The notes under the pieces are model-generated. The model was not told the DNA's origin. It searched no databases and saw only the letters and a program-made list of their open reading frames with translations. From Anthoceros angustus (Eukaryota; Plantae; Anthocerotophyta), in NCBI GenBank assembly GCA_010909165.1, contig MU008173.1, forward strand, positions 558,001 to 622,000: a DNA stretch of 64,000 nt. The letters run 5' to 3'. Below, piece by piece: positions 10,601 to 23,535 of this stretch. The translations under genes were made by a program, and so were the position numbers. The first letter of the stretch is position 1; each line of letters starts with the position of its first letter.

Positions 10601-12481
10601 TTCACACAATGCCAGGACTTGAGAAGCATCTCCGGTAAAAGTTCCGCTTTGTGAGCACCTAGTGCGAATGAGCTCCCTACCTCAATGAGGTTGTTATCCA
10701 CAGTAAGCTTGTTAAGCGTCAGCGTCCCAGTCTTGTCACTGCAGAGTACGTCCATCCCGGCCATCTCCTCAATGGCTGTCATACGCTTCGTGATTGCTCC
10801 CTGCCAGCGCATGCATCCATACATACTTAGCCTGTGCCCTTGTAGTGAGCTCAACGAAACAGTAGATAGCCTGAGTGGACTCCAACCTGCTGAGAGAGCC
10901 TGTGAGACCCGATAGCCATGGTGACAGACAACACTGTGGGCATGGCAATGGGAATCCCTCCAATGAGGAGCACCAGCAAGTTGTTGATCCCATCGCGGTA
11001 ATCCCGCTTCTGGATAGGGTACATGACGATGACCTCCACCACAATGCCAATAACAATGGAGTATATGCAGAAACTTCCAATGCTCGTGAGCACCTGCGCA
11101 GCAAGGAGGCCAAATGGAGCACTGTCAGATGCAGGCTGGTTCAGCAATCGGGTGACGAGCATCTGGAAGGAGGGGCGTTTCAAACCTTCTGGAAATGGCC
11201 AACTTGGTTGGTGGAATCCACAAGATGAGCAGCTTTCCCAAAGAAGGTGTGCACTCCAGTGGCAATAACAACACCTTCGATCTCACCCTGCTTACAGGTC
11301 GATCCGGAGTACACTTCATCCCCGGGCTTCTTGGTGACAGGGAGAGACTCACCGGTGAGAGCCGACTGCGTGACAACAACAACGATTCGTGAGCACAATC
11401 ATGACCGTGTCCCTAGCAACCTTGCTTCACAATCAGAACAGTTACTCGAATGGAAGGAGCTCATGAGCGTAAGTAACCTGATCAATCTTGAGGGGATCGC
11501 CATCAAGAAGACGAGCATCAGCAGGCACAATGTCCCCAAGCTTGATGCTAATGATATCCCCAGGCACGAGAAACTGAGCGTCGACCTCGCCCCAGCGTCC
11601 ATCGCGGAGCACCTGCACCAATCGGGCCAGATGAGCACGAATTTCGAGCCAACCACTCACAATAAAATATTGGCCGAAACAGATAAACTTAAAATAGCAC
11701 CACACTGGTGAGTGCGGGGGGAGCAGGCTACCTACCTTGGCTTTGGGAGCAAGACGGGCCATGAGAGCTGCTGCGGCATTCCCCGCATTGTTCTCCTCGA
11801 TGAAGGAAATAGTGGAGTTGATGACGAGCAGAATTATGATGCCTAGAAAATCCTGCCAATCCGGCGGTTGACCCTGCAATCCCCGAAAGCAGCTCCAGCA
11901 TCAGCATCGCAAGAATCTTTGATCCAAAACACGACCCGCTCACTTACGTTTCCGTTCGCAGCGCCAATGGCGATAATCGCAGCGGCCTCCATCACCCAGG
12001 ACAGCGGATTCCACATAAACCCGAGAAACTTGAGAATTTTACTCTCCTGCAGACAAGATGCGCAGAAAAGAAATCAGGTGAGGGAACACTTCACATCCTC
12101 AAATCGCGCCCCGAATTGGCCACCTCAATCCCCTGTCACGCACCTTCTTTTCTTCGAGCTTGTTGTAGCCGAAAGCCTTGAGCCGGCGGTCTCCCTCCTC
12201 GGTGGTGAGCCCCTTCTCGGAGCATTTGAGCTGCTGAAAAACTTCCTCCACGGGGATGTGTTCCTGCAACACGCACCCGCGGCGTTCAAATCAGGCCCGG
12301 AATCCTCCAACACAGCACGCAAGCGGGGCCAGCAAACAACAAAACCAAGCAGCAGCGGCAGCAGCGGCAACAGAACCAGCAGCAGCAACAGAAGCGACAG
12401 CAGCAGCAGAAGCTGCACCAGATCTACGAGCCCGGTGCTGAGATCCTCCAGGTCGCCCGCCTTGGGCTCGGTGTCCGCCAT
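7640..12481 (-). CDS. AHA: Plasma-membrane H+-ATPase (P3A type), copy 1, ~21 exons
   Basis: Exons encode MADTEPK..., [73 protein letters not shown], the R-domain [12 protein letters not shown] and the end [31 protein letters not shown]. Confidence 0.97.
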
Positions 12482-15400
12482 TGCCGGAAGCGACTGGGAC
12501 CTCGCTCGCGCTGCGTGAGGAAGGCCAGGCCCCAGCAAGCTTCACAAAAAAAAGAGCCAATCAGTGCAGACTACCACATGACGTCCCCGATATGTAGCGC
12601 GCCGGGCAGGCACGAATTCCCCGGGCAGGCGCCCAAGCCGAACGAAATGCAGGGGCGGGCAGCTGCGGAAAGAAATTGGGGGAAGCCGGAATGGTGTGTT
12701 TCGCTGAGTCCGTGCGTGTGTGTATATGTGCGAGATGCAAGGAAGGCGCACTGGTCTGACAGCGGAGGCTGGGGGGGTCCGGTTCACAGGACCGAACAGT
12801 CCGGGTGAGGTGCAGAAAGGGGGAAGTGGCGCTATTTGAGCTCAAAGGGGCAGCCTCAGGCGATGCTGCTACCAGGCTACTTTCTCCCCCTTCTGTCTGC
12901 CCTCTACACTGTGGCGGGATGGATGGCGAGCGGCGAGCGCCCTTTCCCTCCAGACTGCTGGCCCACATGGGCGGGTCTCTGCCCGCCCATGTCCCTCCTG
13001 CCCCTGCCCTCTACCCCCTGGGCCCCTCGCTTTGCGTCACTTCCCTGGAACTTGGCCATAGACTTTCCTTCTCCCATGTGACCTTACCCCTGTTCCACCC
13101 TCCCCCAGCTGAAGCCGCCCTAGCTGCCCAGGAAAGCCTCCCTTTGCGACCAGCCGCCTCCACCAGGTCCACCCGTTGCGTCCCTCCCGATTTTTCTATC
13201 TTTGTTTATGCCCTAAGTTTTGGAGGAGTCTTGCAGCTCTTTCACCAGTCCAGTCTCCCCTTGTTGACTGGCTTCAGAGTCATTCTCTCCGCTCAAAAAG
13301 AGGCAGTAGAAAACACTGCTGCAGGTAGTAGAAAGTGGTGGGTGATTTTGCTTTTGTACCTGATAGGAAGAAGTTTCCACGGAGGACTACTCTTATCCGA
13401 GTCCACAAATTCGTGTGGGTTTATGCATTTCCGAGCATGTTTGAGGTTGTCATGTCATGTCTGGGAAAGCCTAAAGAACATGTTTGGAGTGTACGAACCC
13501 CAGAAGAGCCCTCTTGGTGTGGATATCCGGTGTGAAGGAAGACGCTTGGTGTGGATATCAAGCGGTAAAGACGCATGCATGTGCTCTGGAGCAACACATA
13601 CATACGTATGTAGTATGTACAAAGGAAGAAAGAAAGGCACGAGGAGCCTCTCATTTTTGACCGACCGTTTCTTCCTGACTTCCATCAGATAGGACAGGCA
13701 AAAGGAAACGAGGGAATTAAGTAGTGCCTGGGAGGAGGTGGATGCGATTGCAAGTGCATATGCTTCAACTCCATACATGATAGTGGCAGGGATTGTGATG
13801 AGAGGGAATCCTTCATCCACATGTCCCACAGTCCACTGTGTGTTGTCCGCATGTGACGTGAGTCGGGAGCGTGGTAAGGAATCAGCGAAACGTGCTACGG
13901 TTCGGACAGCGGTGCAGAAGGGAAAGACGGGGGAAAGCGAGATGCTGGAAGGGACGAAGTTGCAGGTAAGGTAGAAGAGTGGCTGTGACGGTGGCAGTGG
14001 CAGACAAGTGATGGCGAAGTTTGGGCCAGACTTTGAGCGGATGGGAGCCCTGGGAAAGTACAATGATGCACTGGACTCCTGGAGTCGACCGGACTGGGTC
14101 TGTGATGAGACTGAGTCGTGACATTGAGAAGCTTCTTTCCCTAATACACAGAGTGCCCTGGATTGGGACGTCTTGGAAATCAAAGCACGACCCAGAGGAG
14201 GCAAGAATTTCGAGGCGCCCGACGGAGACGCGTTCTACCATCCATCTCTGTGAGCAATGCACTCTCAGACTGCAATTGCCTCGATTGGGCGCAAACCCTG
14301 CATCAAGTCCTTTCCCAACGGTTCCCTCTGTATATATGTACACAGCTGCTGGCCTCATCAGCAATTGATGTGAATGCGCGGTACGAGCGGAATCCACTGC
14401 CGTGACCGGAGTGCTCCGGACGATGCACATGGTGTCCTTCATCAACCGTCCCGGCTGACAAATCCGAGTATGGCTAGTGGAATACCGACCGCTTGTCGGC
14501 AGAATGTTGCTTCCAAGGAACTGTAATGGGCACCGGTCTGACTGGCGAATCGCGATCCGCCTTCGGTGTCACAAAATGGACCTAGGTCACAGGCTGCCGT
14601 CCTGTTTCTTTGCAACCCTCTTCGAAGCTGTCAGATGTTGGTGCAGACTGTCTCATCACTCCCTTCAGGGCCGTCGCTAATGGAGACAGAGACGGGATGA
14701 CTTTGGCCTCGGCCGGCAGTGGTGGCCGTTGCGCTGCAGCAGCTCTCGGAGACCGGATTGGGGCAAGAAGGGCTTCGGCAAGGTGCTTCCCAAACGGCCG
14801 TGGACGGAATGCATATCCACCAAGACCGGCCGCATCCGGACATGTATCTTCCTACCGTTGGAAGCACCACGTGTACATCCGTGGGTGGGAATTTGCAAAT
14901 TGCACTGCGGGCATGTCCTGGTCACAAGTGCTGTGTCCAGATCTCATCAGCGAAGCCTCATCAGGCTCCAAGTTCCGAGTGTGTACACAAACGAATCTGC
15001 CAAGCTCCGCGCGCCGGGATGTGGGAAGCTGTGAACGTGCCTTTCGTCTTCCCAGAGAGCTAGCCCTACTCCAGGTACCTACCAGCCGCTGTTCTGCTTC
15101 CATTACAGGCCTGGATTGGGCCATTTGGCGGGTGGCTCTGCACGGCAGTGCGCACTTCACCGGTCTGAGCATACCTCAAAGGCAGTTTGAAGGCGGTGTG
15201 ATTTTTCCATCCGGCCCAAATGTCGAGTCTCCTGACGCCATAGCGTCAGCTCCAGCCTCCTGCGCTGGGCTACAGAAATAGAAACCTTGGATGGTCCGCA
15301 AGGCTCCAGGGGGCTGTCAATGTCTCTCACAAACCAGGTTTAGGTGCGCACTTTCCAGCAGCATGGTGGCCCCCTCTCGTAGGCGCTCCGGTACCAGATC

Positions 15401-17085
15401 GGATCTCGCCTGTTCAACTAAGGTTCAGTGCCGGGGCTGGGGCAGGGCAGCGTAGCCCAGGGCAGGCAGAGCAGGACAGGGCAGGGCCGGGCGGAGCCGG
15501 GGCCGGCTGGATCCCGCCCGAGCTCCATCCGCGTCCAACTGGATAGCGTAACAGCCCGCCCCAGCGGCGCCCGTTCTGCCGCAACGCAATTAAAAACCTT
15601 GGAATCCTTGGCTTCGTGTGCAGCCACCTGCCGGGATCGCACGGCGGGGAAGATGCTCACAATGCCTATGGCAACGGCGTGACGAACACGACCCTCCTCC
15701 CTGCTCCGCCTGGGCCACCGATCCCCAGCTACATCCTGGCCCCCGTCAGCCGTGCCCGTGCGTGCGGGGCAGCCCCGCCACCTCCAGATGCAATAGCAGC
15801 AAAACCCTAACCCCGGGGCTCGGAATCGGAAGCCGATGCTGATCCCCGCAAGCTCACCAAAGCACCTCGGCCGCTGCTTCCTGGCCCACCTACCACCCCA
15901 TTCCACGGCCCCTATATCCATCGATCCAGCAGGTGCTGCAGCTGCAGCAGGGCTGCTCTTGTGTTAGTCGTGTTGCTTGCGGGCGAATGGAGAGTCAAAG
16001 GCAGGGCACTTGGAATGCGCATCAGCCCAGCGTTCCCGCCGGTCGTGTTGCATGTCATCGTGTCAGAGGAGTCATCACAGGCGGAGGATGTACAATATCA
16101 ATGAGGCTGCCGCTGTACGACGCAGTGCACACCGGACACGGACTCTGAACGTAGATGTCAATATGTATGTACAACGTCTGCTGGCCGCAACTGTTATCCC
16201 TGCAGGAAAGCTCTCTTGATCACAACACAGCCTAGGGACGCTCCTGACAGCAGGAGGCAGCAAAAAGGCGGCACTTGCAGGGCCCGGCCTGCAGTGCTGC
16301 CTGGGAAATACCGCTATCACCACAGCTGGCTTTCTGTTAATTCGCATTACCGCAGCTGCCCAGGTTTTGTTGATATGTACCTACACCACAAATTACAATT
16401 CAAAGCGCTCAGGCGACACACCATCTCACACCCACCACCTCTGCTTTCTACTATCATATCATTTTGCATTGCACACTATCTAAGATTACAAGATTACAGG
16501 GAAAGGAAACCCCTGGAGGGAATGTGGAAACTGGGAATCCACTTTGTGGCATGTGCGGAACACGGTCTGCGGCATGAGAGAGAACGTATGTGAGATCAAC
16601 TACACTAGATTAAAATATGCTTCGTATTTACACTAAACATAAAGAAACCACAATAGCACACTTGGCAGCAGGCAAGTACACGAAGAAGACAGACAACAAG
16701 CCGGTAAAGTACGCGCACAAGGGAGTCTCAAGGGCGGCCTCGAGCCTTGGGCTTAGCTCCCACCTGGAAATTTTCAAATAAGTAGCCTCGACATCCTCAA
16801 GCTCTAGGCACTCCCTCGTTCCTGCCCTCTCCTCTTTTCTCTTGGACAACGACACCCACGAGGCAGCTCCATGCTCTTTGCACTGTGTTAATCTGGAATG
16901 CGCCTGGCATTCAGTCGATGGATTCGTTACTGAAAGGATCATGTAGAGCACAAGCTGAGAGACTGGTGCCTGCAGTCGGAGTGGGAGGACAACCCTGAGC
17001 AGCTGCAGCACATCGACTCCAAGGATTTCAAGAGCAGGGGCACCTCTAGATCTTCACAATTCTGCGAGAGTGTAAGTGGAGAACC

Positions 17086-20000
17086 ATGGCCGTGGGGCTG
17101 CCTGTGGAGCAGGCTCTGAACAGGAGCCTCAGCTTGGAGGACGTCAACAATGAACTCGTTGATCTGGTGAGCTGTACATTTCAGATCTTTAGCATTGACA
17201 GTGTATTAAGCATGTGAAGGTGGGTTTCATACCTGACGGATGCCTTCATGATCCATCCTGGGTACACTTACAGGAACGTGTCCCCATCGAGGAAGTGTTC
17301 GAACAGCTGAAATGTACGCATTCCGGCCTCACCACCGAGGAGGCAGAGAATCGGCTCAAACTGTTTGGCTACAACAAACTCGAGGAGAAAAAGGTCAGTT
17401 ACATCACAGCTGCAATTGTAGTGTGCGCACAGCACGATATACGCGAGATTCTGGAGATCCTGCACACCGGTCTGTCTGATCAAGACCTCACGTGACTGTA
17501 AAACTCTTACACAGGAGAGCAAAATTCTGAAATTCCTGGGCTTCATGTGGAATCCGCTCTCGTGGGTTATGGAAGCAGCAGCCGTCATGGCCATCGTTCT
17601 TGCCAATGGGCAAGTAAGCACTCCATGAGCATTTCCAAACATCTTCTAAGACGTAGATGCATGGCCTCACATCTCGTGGCACTGGACAAATAAATGCAGC
17701 ATCGAAAGCCGGACTGGCAAGACTTCCTGGGTATCATTCTGCTTCTTGTCATCAACTCCACCATCAGTTTCATCGAGGAGAACAATGCGGGGAATGCAGC
17801 AGCGGCTCTCATGGCCCGCTTGGCACCCAAGGCCAAGGTCAGATTTTTGCAGTTTGCTAGCCTCCGTGAATTACAGGGTAGCATTTGTTATGTACATAGT
17901 GGATCATAACAGTGGACAACGCTCGTGTCCAGGTTCTCCGTGATGGCATCTGGGCGGAGTGTGACGCTCAAATTCTTGTGCCGGGAGACATCATCAGCAT
18001 CAAGCTCGGAGACATCATTCCTGCCGATGGTCGCTTGCTGGAAGGAGATCCTCTCAAGATCGACCAGGTAATTATCAGCTTATCCATCCACAATCCCATC
18101 ACTTTTGAATTGGTGGCCATGAACTGATATGCAATTCGCCTCCACGTACCATGAATGCAGTCGGCTCTGACAGGGGAGTCTCTTCCGGTAACCAAGAAGC
18201 CCGGCGATGAAGTCTACTCCGGCTCTACCTGCAAGCAGGGAGAGATTGAGAGCATTGTCATCGCTACTGGACTGCACACCTTTTTCGGGAAGGCTGCGCA
18301 TCTTGTGGACTCAACCAACCAAGTGGGCCATTTCCAGAAGGTTAGGCGCTCTTCTGATCATGATAAAAATGTTGCAATGTTGTGGGCTGCAGGAACCTTT
18401 CATTGCCCTACAGGCATTTCGGCTGATTGATGTTCTCAACTGTGGCAGGTGCTCACCAGCATCGGAAACTTCTGCATTGTGTCAATTGCTTTGGGCATTT
18501 TGGTGGAGATCATCGTGATGTTCGCCATTCAGCATCGACAATACCGTGAGGGCTTGGACAACCTCCTGGTTCTGCTTATTGGCGGGATCCCAATTGCCAT
18601 GCCAACGGTTCTGTCTGTCACTATGGCTATTGGCTCTCACCGTCTCGCCCAGCAGGTAACACATTGTCATCCTGTATCCCGAAGTGATAACTCTCAACGT
18701 TAACCTTTGACGGACTGGGTGTTGATTGAACAGGGGGCCATCACCAAGCGCATGACAGCCATTGAGGAGATGGCTGGGATGGATGTGCTCTGCAGTGACA
18801 AAACTGGAACACTGACACTAAACAAGCTCACTGTAGACAAGACGCTCATAGAGGTATGACACATTCGTGGGCTTGCAAGGAGAGTCCTGATGCCGGTAGA
18901 TGACTTACTTCGTTTTGGGAGTAATGAGAAAAGGAACCCGTCTCTCCTGCAGGTGTTTGGGAAGGGAATCACTCAAGATCTGGTGGTGCTGCTGGCAGCC
19001 AGAGCTTCTAGAACAGAAAACCAAGATGCTATCGATGGTGCCGTTGTCAACATGTTAGCTGATCCAAAAGAGGTACGTAGGATGTCAAGTCACTGCCCTG
19101 TACGCTAAGCTGCATTCTGAACCAACATTGCTAAAGACGCTGGTGTTGTTTGATCAATGTGCCAGGCACGTGCTGACATAAAGGAAGTGCATTTCCTTCC
19201 ATTCAACCCCACTGACAAGCGGACTGCCATCACATATATAGACTCTGATGGGAAGTGGTGGCGAGCGAGCAAAGGCGCACCAGAGCAGGTGAGCCCAGTT
19301 TGCAAGCTTCCACATGAAACTTTTACCAGACTAGACCGGCTCCTTTTTGGTCAGGTGGCTTCACTTCTATGTGATCAATCACTGTCTTTAACGACAATTG
19401 CGCTATCAGATACTGGAGCTGGCATCCAACAAAAGCGAAATCGCCTCGAGAGTCCACACTGTGATCGAGAACTTTGCGGAGCGTGGTCTCCGTTCCCTTG
19501 CTGTAGCTAGGCAGGCAAGTTCTCAACAGATGCATGCCTGTGTTCTTCTATTTCAGCATGATTTTCTCGATCTAGCTGACCTCTATCCTCCGAGCGCAGG
19601 AAGTGCCTGAAAAGACTAAGGACAGTGAAGGGGGGCCTTGGACCTTCTGTGGTCTCATGCCCCTCTTCGACCCGCCTCGTCACGACAGTGCTGAAACAAT
19701 TCGCGAAGCTCTCAACCTGGGTGTGAACGTGAAGATGATCACAGGTATTGAACCATCGTCAAACTTGCCCAGGACTTCCAAATCACATCGGGACAAAGCT
19801 CAAACTTGTAGCCATGTTCTTGAAACTGACAGGTGATCAGCTTGCCATTGCAAAAGAAACTGGCAGACGCTTGGGAATGGGGATCAATATGTACCCTTCT
19901 TCATCCTTGCTGGGGAAGGAAAAAGACGAGATTGGATCAGTGCCTATTGACGAGCTCATTGAGAAGGCTGATGGCTTTGCTGGAGTGTTCCCTGGTAATG

Positions 20001-21969
20001 TGCTCAAATGCATTTTAATCTACTTGAAATCCTTGTTCAACGTTCTTTTCATCTGCAGCATGCGTATTTGCACACGCTTACACTCTGCTCGTTGCAGAGC
20101 ACAAGTACGAGATCGTCAAGCGTCTCCAAGAGTTGAAGCACATATGTGGCATGACAGGAGATGGGGTCAACGACGCTCCAGCTCTAAAGAAAGCAGACAT
20201 TGGCATTGCAGTGGCAGATGCTACAGACGCCGCCAGGAGTGCATCTGACATTGTACTCACGGAGCCTGGACTCAGTGTCATCATCAGCGCAGTGCTCACA
20301 AGCCGAGCCATCTTCCAGAGGATGAAAAACTACACAGTAAGCGTTGAGTAGTGGATATAGGGGTATCTATTCATGCATGATTGTTGAGACATTTTCTGTA
20401 TGGAAACAGTTGGTCTGATCAGGAGAGTGGCTGAATCTGGGAATACCTTGTTTTACAGATCTATGCTGTTTCCATCACCATCCGCATTGTGGTAAGGACT
20501 CACTTCTTCATGACAGAAGAAAAGATATGCCCTACATTATCCACTCAAGCAATGAGTAGACTGTGAACTGATGAGGCTGTGCTGGTACAGCTCGGCTTTC
20601 TCCTTCTCGCGCTGATTTGGAGATTCGACTTCTCCCCTTTCATGGTTTTGATCATAGCCATTCTGAATGATGGTGAGGCTGCCTGCCTCTACACTCAGAG
20701 CAGATCCTTCTGTTACTCAACTTGTTTCTGCCGGTTCACAAATGGTGGCCTGCTTGATACACTCTCACTGTCATGTCATGTTTGGCCTAAGGTACCATTA
20801 TGACAATTTCGAAGGACCGCGTGAAGCCCTCCCCACTACCTGACAGCTGGAAGCTGAAAGAAATTTTTGCAACTGGCGTTGTTCTGGGAACTTACATGGC
20901 CCTCGTCACCGTCCTGTTCTACTATATCATTCACAGCACAACCTTTTTTCCTGTAAGCCTTCTGAATCGAGGTGTGTAACAGCGTGAAGTGGTCCGACAG
21001 TCTTCACAGTCTGCTCACTAGACTTTGCATTTTACTTAATCTGCAGGACCTGTTTCGAGTCAAGCACATTATGGGTCGGAAGAGCATGGAAACATCCGCA
21101 GTCTATCTCCAAGTGAGCATTGTCAGCCAGGCCCTCATTTTCGTCACCAGGTCTAGAGGCCTTTCCTACACCGAGAGACCTGGGGCTCTTCTCCTTGCAG
21201 CATTTGTCATAGCCCAGCTGGTGAGTTTTGCCGATATTTCCAAGCCTGCTCGAATTCCTGTGTGGCTCCCAAGCACGGTGACCTAACCCATTCACTTGCT
21301 GTGCAGATTGCCACAGCACTGGCCGCCAATGCTGTCTGGGGTTTTGCAAGAATCAGAGGCATTGGGTGGGGATGGGCTGGAGTGATTTGGCTTTACAGCA
21401 TCATCTTCTACATTCCACTGGATTTCCTCAAGATATTTGTTCGCTACGTGTTGAGTGGGGCAGCATGGGACCAAGCGTTCAGTCACAAGGTGACTTGTCG
21501 GGATGGCCATGTGAAAATGCATGCTGTAGCAAGTAACCGCCAGAGGATACACGCTCACCTTGTTCACTTTCGCTGGTTGTTGCAGACGGCATTCACTAAT
21601 CAAAAGAACTTCGGAAAAGATGAGCGTCAGGCACAATGGGCTTTGAAGCAACGCACACTCCATGGACTAGACCCACCTGACACCAAGATGGCCCATGATT
21701 CAAGAGGCTACAAGGAACTCTCAGATATAGCAGAGCAAGCCAAAAGACGGGCTGAAATCGCCAGGTATCGTTGACGACACCCCCTCGCCCCTCCCCTTCT
21801 ATGTAGATGGTCTGCAAGGCACTGTGGCTTTCATCTCACCCAACTGTCTTCGCCAAATTATGCCTTCTTCAGGTTGCGGGAGCTGCACACCCTTAAAGGA
21901 CATGTCGAATCCGTTGTACGGTTGAAGAATCTGGATATTAGCACCATTAAGCAGGCCTACACCGTGTAG
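17086..21969 (+). CDS. AHA: Plasma-membrane H+-ATPase (P3A type), copy 2, ~21 exons (one GC-AG intron)
   Basis: Same motif series as copy 1 (DKTGTLT, TGDGVND, DPPRHDS) with matching intron positions. Starts MAVGLPVEQ and ends [15 protein letters not shown]. Confidence 0.97.
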
Positions 21970-23535
21970 AGGGATTATAGGACAAGTCGGCGGATTTTTT
22001 CAAAGCAGACTTCTGAATCAGATAAGCAGGGCAAAGCATGAAACCTTGGGATCCTTTTGCATACTATCGTGTGAGTGAGACTATCTCTTTAATTGATTGA
22101 TTGATTGATCATAAAACGAATGCAGACTGCATGTGTTCGGTATTCCGTGTTAGATGTGGGTCTCCCATGCCACCAAGTGTGAACCAATTAAATAAGTAGG
22201 AAAATAATTAATTAAATTAAAAAATAAAAAAACATAATATTGTCCACTTGATGGTTGTAGAGTCATGAAGCTTTGTTTTGCACAGTCATAGAGAGTGTGA
22301 AAATATTTTATTCATACTTGAATATGTACAAGAGATATCATGGCGAATTCACAAATCCATGTGACTTATAATGTTTTTTTTTAATTAACTATCCTTATTG
22401 AATCGAATTCATAATTAAATACTTTAACCTCAAATTGCCTGATCGATTAATCTGAGATTTCGGAAATACATTCGAGACTATATAAATATTTTTAATGTCC
22501 AATGTTTTTGGAGAATTATATACAACACCAAATGTAATTATCATATGTGGAAGTCGTTTCCCATACAAAAGAGTTTTTCCTCTAAACCCCCTTAATTTTA
22601 TAGGTTTAGCTTCACCTCACTGGTTAGTCCAAAGCTGGGAGTCCGCAAACAATCCTCATGTCCCCATGTGGTCCAATATGGTGCGTCCGCCAGCTGGGTG
22701 TTGAATCCACTCCCTATGCCCAATTCCCTTCAGCTCTCTTTGTGCCGGTCACCAACCTCATCATCATGGCCACGGCCACCGCCCTCTTCCCATTCCTCCC
22801 AAGCAAGAAATGCAAGCTATCAGCCGACACCCACCAGCCACTAGCACTACCTTCGAACCTCCTCGCTTCATTGCTCGTTTGCTGAATTCCCGCTTGTAGG
22901 GTCCTTGTTTTTGCCATGCCTCGGTGCTCCGTGTAGTCCACAAGGACTATCCCCCTTCCACTACCACCGTTGTCATCTCCCACCGACACGGCCAATAATG
23001 TAGCGGTTTTCCTAAACTGGGTTGCAAGCTTTGAAGCATCAAAGCAGCAAATATCTCTAGGCATCCTCTCTGAATTGTGAATGCAGCTGCAGCCTACTAT
23101 GGGCTGCATAACTTGGCCTGCATTACCGATGCCCAAAAATGACTTCAAAAACAAGTATAGAATGGAAGTCGCGTCGGTATTACATTGGATGGAACAGCAT
23201 AAAGTAGGCCATCCCGAGGGATTTTCACCAAAAATGAGCGGCATGATTCGAAGGAAGTTGGAGGGATGGCCTTCCAAGCCATCTAGGCCTTGAGAATGGT
23301 TCACAACATTTTAAATATTGTTATTTTCCATGTGAATTCAGCATAGGATAGGATGTACTTCACGCCCAATTTATTGAGGTCTCGGGGTGTGAGAAGTAAC
23401 CGCAATTTGAGGATGGCCCCAATTCTAGGCGATGATGATGAGCGAGTATAAAATCAGAGGAGATGTTCATGGTGTAGGCATGATGGAAGGAATCGGAATT
23501 AGACAATAGGTGTGTATATGCTAAACAGCTAATTT

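Noticed and set aside
12805-13692. 295-aa ORF in the AHA spacer
   Set aside because: GTG start, GC-rich promoter/UTR-like composition and no recognisable domain.
15616-16105. Pro-rich frame followed by CC and a hydrophobic stretch, resembling a LEA_2/NHL N-terminus
   Set aside because: Interrupted by a stop that lies within a telobox-like aaaccctaa, and no downstream domain follows.
22500-23400. 196-aa minus-strand ORF and neighbours
   Set aside because: No recognisable motif; probably degenerate repeat sequence next to the mini-Copia.
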